From contig CAYJSN010000003.1 in the NCBI GenBank assembly GCA_964373125.1, positions 10,480-74,479 of the forward strand: a DNA stretch of 64,000 nucleotides, given 5' to 3'. The position numbers were made by a program, and so were the translations under genes. The stretch is from an uncultured Nitrosopumilales archaeon. GTDB lineage: Archaea > Thermoproteota > Nitrososphaeria > Nitrososphaerales > UBA213. The notes below the pieces were generated by a model. It saw only the letters and a list, made by a program, of their open reading frames with translations, was not told where the DNA came from and made no database searches. Shown here piece after piece: positions 42,611 through 50,890 of this stretch. The stretch's first letter is position 1. The number at the start of each line of letters is the position of its first letter.

Positions 42611-43456
42611 TCATCTGAGCACTTCCCTAGCGCCGATCTCGTTCTTCAGCCCGTAGATGCCGGCCAGCCTCTCTATGTCGTCGTCGCTGACCAGCGCGGT
42701 CTTGTGCGCCAGTTTGAGGACGTACGGATAACCGGAGACGCTTCCGTATGTGATCCGATCGAGGATGTTTTTTACCTCGTCTTCGCCGACCTCCCCCGGG
42801 ATCTCGAGCTTCACGACCGGGGTATAGTCGCTGAGCCTGGCATAAATGAAGGTAACGGGCTCGGCATGGACCCTCACGCGGTGAGGCTTGCTGTAGCCGG
42901 CCTCCCTGCTCACGCGGCCGAAGTAGTAGATATCGCCCATCCTGCCGTTCATCTTGCCCAGAATCTCGGTGCTGTCAGACGACTTGGCCACAAAGACCAC
43001 GTTGGAGTGCCTGCCGATGAGTCCGGCTAGGCTCTTCAGTGCGTGAGAATCGGGGCTCGCGCCAACGAATCTGGAGGTCATGGCGCCGTCTATCAGCACC
43101 AGGTCAATATCATCTGCGGCCTTCTGCGCCACGTCCGTCTCAAGCTCCATCGATCTTGCCTCAAGCCAGCTCTGACCTATCCTTTCTATGCCGTCGGCAA
43201 AGTCCTTCGAGAGTATCTTTCCGTCGCTGCCCACGCACACCGCGTCCACGACGTAGAGGTGGAAGCCCTGAAATTGCTGCCTGTTGTAGCTGCTGTCAAC
43301 TCCCCCGAGGACGGATTTTTTGGTCCTAGGCGAATAGCCCACCCAGAGCTCTCTCGCGCGGTCGAGGATCTTTTTGTTCTTCGAGTCGGTATCTGAAAGC
43401 GCTGCCATCCTATCCTCGCGCTTCTTTATCGCGTCCAAGTACACATCGTGGAGCAT
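42611..43456 (-). CDS. nurA: NurA 5'-3' nuclease
   Basis: 281 aa. GGVDSSYNRQ and LVLIDGAM motifs of the NurA/RNase H-like fold. First gene of the herA-mre11-rad50 operon. Confidence 0.75.
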   Translation of the reverse strand: MLHDVYLDAIKKREDRMAALSDTDSKNKKILDRARELWVGYSPRTKKSVLGGVDSSYNRQQFQGFHLYVVDAVCVGSDGKILSKDFADGIERIGQSWLEARSMELETDVAQKAADDIDLVLIDGAMTSRFVGASPDSHALKSLAGLIGRHSNVVFVAKSSDSTEILGKMNGRMGDIYYFGRVSREAGYSKPHRVRVHAEPVTFIYARLSDYTPVVKLEIPGEVGEDEVKNILDRITYGSVSGYPYVLKLAHKTALVSDDDIERLAGIYGLKNEIGAREVLR

Positions 43457-43529
43457 GCCGTAATGGGGAAGGAACTTGCTTAAATTTTTAGTTGCGCACT
43501 CCTTAACAATTTATAGCTCTCCCACCCGA

Positions 43530-43991
43530 ATGATCCCGATGAACACCAAGATCATAGCCGCCGTGGTGGGCGCTGCCATTGCCGTTGCTATCCCAGTCTA
43601 TCTGGCGTCGCTGCCGGCCGAGGAGGTGCCGGTGATCCACGGCGCCGGGCTGATGAATGCCGACAAATGCATCGACGGCGAATTCACAGCCGATCCATCG
43701 CAGGAGGTCGTGGAGGTAAGTATGAAGGCGTACCAGTGGCGGTTCAGCTACTGCACCATCACGGTGCACCAAGGCCAGACTGTAGTGCTGACACTCGAGA
43801 GCCTGGATACGCCCCACGGGTTTGCGATTGACGGCTACCCGGAGGTCGGCAACAAGCACATAAGTCCCAATGCTGAAACGGTGGTCAGGTTCACGGCCGA
43901 CAAGGCAGGCCGGTTCACCTACTACTGCACCGTCTTCTGCGGCGAGGGCCATCCGTTACACCTCGGCAAGCTTGTGGTGCTGGCAGCCTAG
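43530..43991 (+). CDS. Membrane-anchored cupredoxin, cytochrome oxidase subunit II (CuA)-like domain
   Basis: ATG 43530 (MIPMNTKIIAAVVGAAIAVAI anchor). WRFSY...TPHGFAIDG...YYCTVFCGEGHPLHLG gives H...C-x3-C-x3-H-x2-H, CuA-like but with the Met position occupied by His. Confidence 0.65.
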   Translation: MIPMNTKIIAAVVGAAIAVAIPVYLASLPAEEVPVIHGAGLMNADKCIDGEFTADPSQEVVEVSMKAYQWRFSYCTITVHQGQTVVLTLESLDTPHGFAIDGYPEVGNKHISPNAETVVRFTADKAGRFTYYCTVFCGEGHPLHLGKLVVLAA

Positions 43992-44089
43992 ACCATGCAC
44001 CTCATGAGAATAAATTCAACGAGCAGCTTAAGTAGAGCTGCACTGACATCCTGTAGTAACATGCTCGAATACTGCTGCGATCTTGGCAT

Positions 44090-45013
44090 GTGATCAGTAT
44101 GACAAGTTTGCATGCTTATGCGGGAAGGCTGCTGATCATCTCGCTCCTGCTGGTGCCGCTGTCCTTCCGTATCGCGGAGGGGGACACGGCTGGAGAGACC
44201 AGAGAGTGGGAAGCGCGAGAACCGTCGGCCGATATCGGCGTGGGCAACGCTGTAGCGCTGTCCCTTGCCTTCGGCCTTGTGCCGCTCTACATCGGCCTCA
44301 CAAACTCCAGGCTGTCGCGAAATCTGAGGGATGGCACGAAAGGATTCATCGCTGGCGTAGCCTTCGGCATGGCTATCTTTTCGCTCTTCGATCTGCTCGG
44401 CGGCGCGTCGAGGCTGGGCATAGACTTTGGGTTCAAGGCTCTTGGCCTGCAGGCGAGTATGATGCTGGCTTTCGCAGTCGGACTCGTGATCCCATTCATA
44501 GCGGAGCGCCGCTCGAAGAGCCACGGCAGCGCGCCGGCCTGGAGCACGGCATACGGCACGGTATATCTCTTCGCGCTTGCGTTTGCGTTCCACGCCTTTG
44601 CCGAGGGTATCGTCATAGGATATGACCTCCAGACCGGGTATTCGTTTACCTCCGCCCAGCGCACGCTCCAAGGCACCAGCTTCGTGCTCCACAAGATCGC
44701 CGAGGGATTCGTGATCTCGATACCGCTGGTGCTGGGTGCCGCTTGGTTAAGGAAGGACACAGAGACTTTCGTGCTCGCGGGTATCTTGGGCTCGACCCCG
44801 CTATCGGTGGGAGTTGCACTCGCATACCTCGGGGCGCCTGGCCTCGCAGCGTCCTACGGGTTCGCACTCGGCGCGGGCACGCTGGTGTATGTTCTCTTCA
44901 AGCTAGCGCACATATCACAGACGCTCTCGGAAGCAAGACTGCGCATCTTTGCTGGGATCATAATAGGCGTGCTCTTCATGTACTTTGCAGGCTGGATTCA
45001 CTCGATTCAATAG
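44090..45013 (+). CDS. ZIP-family-like metal ion permease, tentative
   Basis: 307 aa polytopic membrane protein. HAFAEGIVIG and HKIAEGFVIS resemble the ZIP/ZupT HxxxEG motifs. Confidence 0.5.
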   Translation: MISMTSLHAYAGRLLIISLLLVPLSFRIAEGDTAGETREWEAREPSADIGVGNAVALSLAFGLVPLYIGLTNSRLSRNLRDGTKGFIAGVAFGMAIFSLFDLLGGASRLGIDFGFKALGLQASMMLAFAVGLVIPFIAERRSKSHGSAPAWSTAYGTVYLFALAFAFHAFAEGIVIGYDLQTGYSFTSAQRTLQGTSFVLHKIAEGFVISIPLVLGAAWLRKDTETFVLAGILGSTPLSVGVALAYLGAPGLAASYGFALGAGTLVYVLFKLAHISQTLSEARLRIFAGIIIGVLFMYFAGWIHSIQ

Positions 45014-45050
45014 AGATATAAGGTCTCCCGAAAATAATCAGAGGGTAACT

Positions 45051-46694
45051 TTGTCCAAGAATAGCAAGCCGGCCAGTTTGTCTAGGAAGAGCAAGCCGGC
45101 CAGCAGCGCCAAGAAGTTCATAATCATAGGCGTCATAGCCGCGCTGGTAGCATCGACCTTTGCCGTGCTCTACAGGCCGGGTGCCCCGCAGAGTGAGGAT
45201 GAGATGAAGGCGCTGGGGCTCTTCTGCGGTTCCGGCGTGGCCATGTCCAACAGGTACATCCAGGAGTTCGTGATCCCGACCGAATGCGCAGAGCCGGTGG
45301 GCATAACCGTCGGCCCCGACGGAACGGTGTGGTTCGCCGAATCCGGCGCCAGAAAGATCGGAAGGTTCGACCCGGCAACGGAGGAGTTCAAGGAATACAC
45401 CCTGCCCGGCACGCAGGAGAGGGAGAAGGTGGCGCCGGTCGCGTCGATCTGGTCGCTCAAGTTCGACGAAGCGGGCAGCCTCTGGTTCCCCGACGTGGTG
45501 ACAAACGCCATCTGGAAGTTCGACCCTGCCTCCGGCAATTTTGAGAGGTACCACATACCCACCACGTCGCAGTTCGGAACGTCATACCCGATAAACTTCG
45601 AGTTCAGCGACGGCAAGCTGTGGTTCAGCGAGATCTACGGCAAGAATATCGGAGTCCTCGACCCGGCGGAGGCAAGGCACGCAACCGCCAACGGGATAAC
45701 CGAGATCCCCGCAATGGTGGAGCCAGAGACGCTGGGACCGCTGGCCCTAGACAGTGACGGCAATGTGTGGTTCACCGCCCTCACATACCCGGCAATCGGA
45801 CAGCTCGTTAAACTTGACCCGGATGCTGACGTTCTCACCACCTACAAGATGCCGGATGGCGTGGCGTCCCCCGTCGGGATAGTTCCTGACGGCAAAGGCA
45901 GCCTATGGATAAACGACCACGGCACCAGCATGATCCTCAAGTTCAACCCGGTAACGAACGATACAGTAACCTATGCCACGTCGCTGCCGCAGAGGAGCAC
46001 CTCGATCGGGCTCTACGAGCAGTGCCTTGCGCGCGCGGGCGGCTCGCCACCTACATGCGGCGGGTTCCCGGTATCGCTGCCCTACTGGAACACCATCGAC
46101 AGCAGGGGAAGGGTCTGGTTCAACGAGCACCAGGGCAACTCGCTCGGCGTCTTCGACGAGTCCACGATGACGATGCTCGAGTACTTCGTCCCGACGCAGA
46201 ACCCGCGCTGGGGCGCCTGCGAGGGCTACAGCGAGCCCTGCGGCATAGCCAACCCGCTGCAGTTCACGATCGCCCCCGACGGCAGGGTGTGGTTCACGGA
46301 ATGGAGCGAGGGCAGGATAGGCGTGCTGAACCCGAACCTGCCGCTGCCGGTCTCGCTGGAAGTGGTGAACGATGATCGGCCGATGATGGTTGAGCAAGGT
46401 GCAGAACTCAACCTTGACATAGCGATTACAGCGCACGAAGATCTTGATTCCGGGGTGGAGATGCGCCTATCCGGCACGATGACGCCCAGCGGCCAGCTCT
46501 CAAACATGCTCGTGAGCTTCAGCGAGCCGATCGTTGCATTCGACGGGCCGTCCACGAAGACCGTCAACCTGAAGCTCGTGCCCACTGACTTGGAGCCAGG
46601 CGACTACAGGATCACGGTCAGCGCCAAGTACAAAGAGGTAACCTACTCAAAGATGGTCGAGATCACGGTGGAGCCGGCCAAGGCAGAGCTCTAG
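45051..46694 (+). CDS. Membrane-anchored beta-propeller protein, Vgb (streptogramin lyase)-like repeats, plus a C-terminal Ig-like domain
   Basis: Repeats such as GITVGPDGTVWFAESGARKIGRFDP, LDSDGNVWFT, DSRGRVWFNE, APDGRVWFTEW. N-terminal anchor FIIIGVIAALVASTFAVL. Start uncertain: TTG 45051 is proposed, the track gives 44985. Confidence 0.65.
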   Translation: MSKNSKPASLSRKSKPASSAKKFIIIGVIAALVASTFAVLYRPGAPQSEDEMKALGLFCGSGVAMSNRYIQEFVIPTECAEPVGITVGPDGTVWFAESGARKIGRFDPATEEFKEYTLPGTQEREKVAPVASIWSLKFDEAGSLWFPDVVTNAIWKFDPASGNFERYHIPTTSQFGTSYPINFEFSDGKLWFSEIYGKNIGVLDPAEARHATANGITEIPAMVEPETLGPLALDSDGNVWFTALTYPAIGQLVKLDPDADVLTTYKMPDGVASPVGIVPDGKGSLWINDHGTSMILKFNPVTNDTVTYATSLPQRSTSIGLYEQCLARAGGSPPTCGGFPVSLPYWNTIDSRGRVWFNEHQGNSLGVFDESTMTMLEYFVPTQNPRWGACEGYSEPCGIANPLQFTIAPDGRVWFTEWSEGRIGVLNPNLPLPVSLEVVNDDRPMMVEQGAELNLDIAITAHEDLDSGVEMRLSGTMTPSGQLSNMLVSFSEPIVAFDGPSTKTVNLKLVPTDLEPGDYRITVSAKYKEVTYSKMVEITVEPAKAEL

Positions 46695-46696
46695 CG

Positions 46697-47956
46697 ATGA
46701 TACCCCCGGCGATCGACCGAGCTGTCGGCATCGAGGTCTACTCCACAGGGTTTGCGGGCACCGGCGGCAGGATAAGGAAGGCCAGAGATCATTTCCTGGT
46801 CGAGGAGATGCTCGACGCAACATTGGATGTTGTGCCCAGGGCAGATGAAACCCATGCTTACCCCCTCTACCTGCTGACCAAGGAAGGCATCGACTCCACC
46901 CACGCGCTGGAGGAGGTCCGCAGCGAGGCCGGGCTGAGGCTCAAAGTAGTAGGATTGAAGGACGCCAGAGCCGTTACGAAGCAGTTTGCCAGCGCCACGA
47001 GCAAGAATGCAAAGACGACAGAACGGTGCACGACAAGGCACTGCTCGCTCGAACTCGCGGGGTTCACGAACAGGCCGATCACGAAGCGAGTTCTGATGGC
47101 CAACAGGTTCGTGATCACCGTAAGCGATCTCATGTCGAACGCGCAGGACTCGCTGGAGGGTCTTCAGGACAGCATACGCAGGAAGGCCTTGGCAAACTTT
47201 TACGGCCACCAGAGGTTCGGGAGCACCCGGCCTGTAACGCACCTGGTCGGCAGGGCGATGATCAGGCGCGACTTTGCGGGGGCCGTGGAGGTCTTCCTCA
47301 CACACACCGGCGAGCACGAGGATGAGGGGCGGAAGGATCTGAGAGCGATGTGCAGGGAGCCTTCCCGGTTTCAGGAAGCACTGCGGCTGATGCCAAGGCA
47401 GATGGATCTGGAGCGGGCGCTGATCACAGCGATGATCGAGAGCAACGACCCGCTGAAGGCTATGAGAAAACTGCCGGTGAGTGTGAGGCGGCTCTTCGCG
47501 CAGGCATACCAGTCCTACATATTCAACAGGTCGCTGAGCACGGCAGTGAGAGAAGGATACGATCTATCGAGGCCGCAGCAGGACGACATCTGCTTCGCCT
47601 ACGGCAGCGGCCTCCAGGTCGCCGGGATGAACAGGTTCGACAATAACACAAAGCTGCAACTGCCGGCGATCCCGCTTGCCGGCTACGCCTTCAGGGACGG
47701 CAGGAACAGGTTCGCCCCGCTCGTGAAAAGCGTCCTGAAGGAAGAGGATGTGAATGCAAGCGACTTTTACGTAAAGGAGATGCAGGAGATCAGCCAGGAG
47801 GGCGGCTTCAGGCAGGCGCCGATCCTGTGCAGAGAATTTTCTTATAGCACCGACGACTCGCTGCAGGTAAGGTTTGTGCTGCCCAAGGGCGCCTACGCGA
47901 CCGTGCTGCTGAGGGAACTGATGAAACCGCAGGACCCGGTGGCTGCCGGGTTCTAG
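46697..47956 (+). CDS. truD: tRNA pseudouridine synthase TruD/Pus7 family
   Basis: 419 aa. GIEVYST...GGRIRKARDHFLVEE N-terminus and NFYGHQRFG motif characteristic of TruD. Confidence 0.85.
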   Translation: MIPPAIDRAVGIEVYSTGFAGTGGRIRKARDHFLVEEMLDATLDVVPRADETHAYPLYLLTKEGIDSTHALEEVRSEAGLRLKVVGLKDARAVTKQFASATSKNAKTTERCTTRHCSLELAGFTNRPITKRVLMANRFVITVSDLMSNAQDSLEGLQDSIRRKALANFYGHQRFGSTRPVTHLVGRAMIRRDFAGAVEVFLTHTGEHEDEGRKDLRAMCREPSRFQEALRLMPRQMDLERALITAMIESNDPLKAMRKLPVSVRRLFAQAYQSYIFNRSLSTAVREGYDLSRPQQDDICFAYGSGLQVAGMNRFDNNTKLQLPAIPLAGYAFRDGRNRFAPLVKSVLKEEDVNASDFYVKEMQEISQEGGFRQAPILCREFSYSTDDSLQVRFVLPKGAYATVLLRELMKPQDPVAAGF

Positions 47957-48837
47957 TCGATGTGTTTTATCTTCCTTATCGTCTTCTCGGACTCCACCTG
48001 GACCGTCGTGTGGCTGATCCCGAACTTTTCCCTGAGCATCACGGATATCTCTTCGACGATCCTTGCAGACTGGCTCACCATCTGGTCCTTCACGACCACG
48101 TGCACGCTCAGGGCGTGCATATCCGAGGAGATCGTCCATATGTGCAGGTCGTGGATGTCGTGCACGCCTTGGACGCTCAGGATCTCGGCCTCGATCCTCT
48201 GCAGGTTGATCCCGGCGGGTGTGCCCTCGAGCAGTACGCGCGTACACTCTTTCAGTATGCCTGCCGCGCTACGCACGATCAGCCCGGCTATGATGAACGC
48301 TATGATTGGGTCCACAGCGTAGAACTGGGTCAGCGCGGCAATCACACCTCCCACAATCACGCCGGCTGATGAGAGAGTGTCGGCAAGCACGTGCAGGAAC
48401 GCGCTCCGCACGCCTATGCTACCCCAGTGCGCCTCCCTGAGGATCAGCGCCATCGATACATTGGCTGCGAGCCCGACCGAGGCCACGCTTATCAGTATGA
48501 GAGGGTCCACTGCTGGCGGGTTTATCAGGCGCATGTAGCCCTCCCTGAAGATGAAGACGGCTATCAAAGCAAGGACGATGCCGTTGGCAAGGGCCGCAAG
48601 AACCTCCGCCCTGTGGTACCCGTACGTCAGCCGGCGGGTGTGCGGCCTTGCTGCGAGCCTGATCGCAAACAGGCTCAGCGATATCGCCGAAGCGTCCACC
48701 AGCATATGCCCCGAATCGCTCAGCAGCGCGATGCTGTTGCTGAGCAGGCCGCCAAAGAACTCCAGGACCGCCACGCCGCCGGCGATGGCAAGCGCTAGGA
48801 ACAGTTTACCTTGCGTGACAGAACCGGAACCCTGCAT
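47953..48837 (-). CDS. Cation diffusion facilitator (CDF) family metal efflux transporter
   Basis: 294 aa. 6 TM with SDSGHMLVDA and FLHVLADTLSS metal-site motifs, and a C-terminal cytoplasmic domain. Confidence 0.85.
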   Translation of the reverse strand: MQGSGSVTQGKLFLALAIAGGVAVLEFFGGLLSNSIALLSDSGHMLVDASAISLSLFAIRLAARPHTRRLTYGYHRAEVLAALANGIVLALIAVFIFREGYMRLINPPAVDPLILISVASVGLAANVSMALILREAHWGSIGVRSAFLHVLADTLSSAGVIVGGVIAALTQFYAVDPIIAFIIAGLIVRSAAGILKECTRVLLEGTPAGINLQRIEAEILSVQGVHDIHDLHIWTISSDMHALSVHVVVKDQMVSQSARIVEEISVMLREKFGISHTTVQVESEKTIRKIKHID

Positions 48838-48894
48838 CCAGAGTCCGATCGTGCTTAGTAAATATAAATTCTGGCAGGCAGAGCTTTTAGATTA

Positions 48895-49365
48895 TTACTT
48901 CCTGATCGGCGAGCCGACCAGCCCCAGCCTGTGCCTGAGTTCTCTATCTTTGTAGATGGTGGGCTTGCTCCCGTCCACAAGTATGCACTCGAACCAGTAA
49001 TTCTTCCCGTCCTTGTAGAGAAAGTAAGAACCGATCACCTGCATGTTTGGATACTTTTCGCCGACCCGCCTCTCCGCAACCTTCCGCATATTGTCCGACT
49101 GCTTTATCCTGACAACGCCGAGGTGCTTGGGCCTCCTCCCGGATCTGGGCCTCTGCCTGCGCATACCACCCCTCCCGACCTTTATCCTGACAACAACGAA
49201 GCCTTGTTTTGCCCTGTAACCCAGCCTCCTCGCCCTGTCGAGCCTCGAGGGCCGCTCCACCCTGGTTATGGTGTGCTGCCTCCTCCACTCGATGGCCTTT
49301 GCCTTCATCTCATCGGGGTTTGTCTTATAGAGCCTGTGCCAGGATTCGCTGATCTGGCTGTACAT
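48895..49365 (-). CDS. rpl15e: 50S ribosomal protein L15e
   Basis: 156 aa. ...EWRRQHTITRVERPSRLDRARRLGYRAKQGFVVVRIKVGRGG... matches L15e. Confidence 0.9.
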   Translation of the reverse strand: MYSQISESWHRLYKTNPDEMKAKAIEWRRQHTITRVERPSRLDRARRLGYRAKQGFVVVRIKVGRGGMRRQRPRSGRRPKHLGVVRIKQSDNMRKVAERRVGEKYPNMQVIGSYFLYKDGKNYWFECILVDGSKPTIYKDRELRHRLGLVGSPIRK

Positions 49366-49374
49366 GTCTGCCCG

Positions 49375-50307
49375 CTATGACCCGCCCTTTAATATTTGTA
49401 TTATCCTCTCAGCTATGAAGTTGGCGGCAAGCTCCTGGGCCTCGCGGGTCTGTGCTCCTATGTGGGGCGTGCAGACAACGTTGGGGAGCCTGACCAAGTC
49501 GCTGCCTGTCGGGGGCTCCACGTCGAATACGTCCAGACCTGCGCCCGCTATCCTTCCCTCCTTCAGGGCCTTGTAGAGGGCCTTCTCGTCCACCACCGTC
49601 CCCCTGGACGTGTTTATCAGGCAGGCGCTCTTCTTCATCAGGGCCAGCCTCTGCTCGTTGATAAGATGCTTCGTCTGCTCGGTCAGCGGGACGTGCAGGG
49701 TGACGAAATCAGCGCTGCCGAGCAGGGTGTTCAGGTCGGCCACGACCATCCCCACCTCCCTAGCGAACTGCTGGTCTATGGGTACTACATCGTGCCCGAT
49801 CAGGTTCATGTTGAAACCTCTTGCTATCCTGGCGATCCTCCTGCCCATCCTGCCCACGCCAACTATGCCGAGGTACTTCCCGCTGAGCTCTGTCCCCAAC
49901 AGCTCCTTCTTGAGCCACTTCCCTTCCTTTATGGCGGCGTCTGCCCTGGGGATGCTCCTGGCAAGGCAGAGCATTAGCCCCACCGCCAGCTCCGCGACCG
50001 AGGTCATGGCAGCTGCCTCCGCGTTTATCACCTCCATGCCCTGTGCTTTTGCGTGCGCCACATCGATGTTGTCCAAGCCCACCCCGACCCTTGCGATTAT
50101 CCTTACTTTCGTGGCTGCATCGATGACCTCCCTAGTGACCCTGGTCCTGCTTCTCACCACGAGGACGTCATAGTCCTTCGCAGATGCTAAGAGCTCCTCG
50201 GGCTTGATCTCCGGCCTGTAGTCCACGTCCAGGCCGGCCTTCCTCATTATCTCTATCCCCTTCTGGTCTATGGCATCGCAGACCAGAACCCTGCCGCTTG
50301 CTTGCAT
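49375..50307 (-). CDS. D-isomer-specific 2-hydroxyacid dehydrogenase (D-3-phosphoglycerate dehydrogenase-like)
   Basis: GIVGVGRMGRRIA NAD motif and catalytic RG...E...H pattern (NTSRGTVVDE, TPHIGA). ATG 50307 is preferred over the track start 50352. Confidence 0.8.
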   Translation of the reverse strand: MQASGRVLVCDAIDQKGIEIMRKAGLDVDYRPEIKPEELLASAKDYDVLVVRSRTRVTREVIDAATKVRIIARVGVGLDNIDVAHAKAQGMEVINAEAAAMTSVAELAVGLMLCLARSIPRADAAIKEGKWLKKELLGTELSGKYLGIVGVGRMGRRIARIARGFNMNLIGHDVVPIDQQFAREVGMVVADLNTLLGSADFVTLHVPLTEQTKHLINEQRLALMKKSACLINTSRGTVVDEKALYKALKEGRIAGAGLDVFDVEPPTGSDLVRLPNVVCTPHIGAQTREAQELAANFIAERIIQILKGGS

Positions 50308-50378
50308 CGTGGAGCTTTGGACGGGAGGGTAATTAATCATTTTGAAAAGCATTTTTACTGCGGCTGCTATCCTACGAT

Positions 50379-50783
50379 GTGGCGCAGAACTACATACTCC
50401 GGATATCGAAGGACGAATGGGAGAAGCGGGTCTTTGCGGGGAAATCCTACTACGCGGGCGTCAGGAGAGAGTGGGAAAAGGACGCGAAGATCCTCCTCGT
50501 CAAGAAGACCGGGGGCGGAGATGCCTTCATAGGCTATGCTGTCATAAGCAAGGTCGCGGGACTTGACCAGATGGATGGGCAGGAGAGGGAGATGTGCGAG
50601 GGTAACAACTGGAACAAGAAGCTTTCCTTCGGCAAGCTGGTAAGGTTCGAGCCGCCGGTCCCTGTCAGGGACACAGCGGTATCCAGCTGGGGGCAGAAGG
50701 GCGCGCTGCTGCACGGCGCGCCGATATCCGAGACCGATCTGCAGGCCATCATCGGCGCGGCAAAGACCAAGATCGTTTCCTGA
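50379..50783 (+). CDS. Hypothetical protein (134 aa), PUA/ASCH-like fold suspected
   Basis: Intact ORF (GTG start). The pattern ILRISKDEWEK...ILLVKKTGGGDAFIGYAVI is loosely similar in style to 42158-42604. No firm family. Confidence 0.4.
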   Translation: MAQNYILRISKDEWEKRVFAGKSYYAGVRREWEKDAKILLVKKTGGGDAFIGYAVISKVAGLDQMDGQEREMCEGNNWNKKLSFGKLVRFEPPVPVRDTAVSSWGQKGALLHGAPISETDLQAIIGAAKTKIVS

Positions 50784-50858
50784 AACTGGATAAGTAGCCA
50801 GACTTGGCTGCTAGTTAAAAGGGCTGCTGCTGATTCTTATACCGTCTTCGATAAACGC

Positions 50859-50865
50859 TTAAATA
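50859..50865 (+). promoter_or_regulatory. TATA box for the 710-aa cupredoxin/propeller gene
   Basis: TTAAATA centred about 29 nt upstream of ATG 50891. Confidence 0.35.
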
Positions 50866-50890
50866 GTTTCTTACTTAACTCGATCGCACA

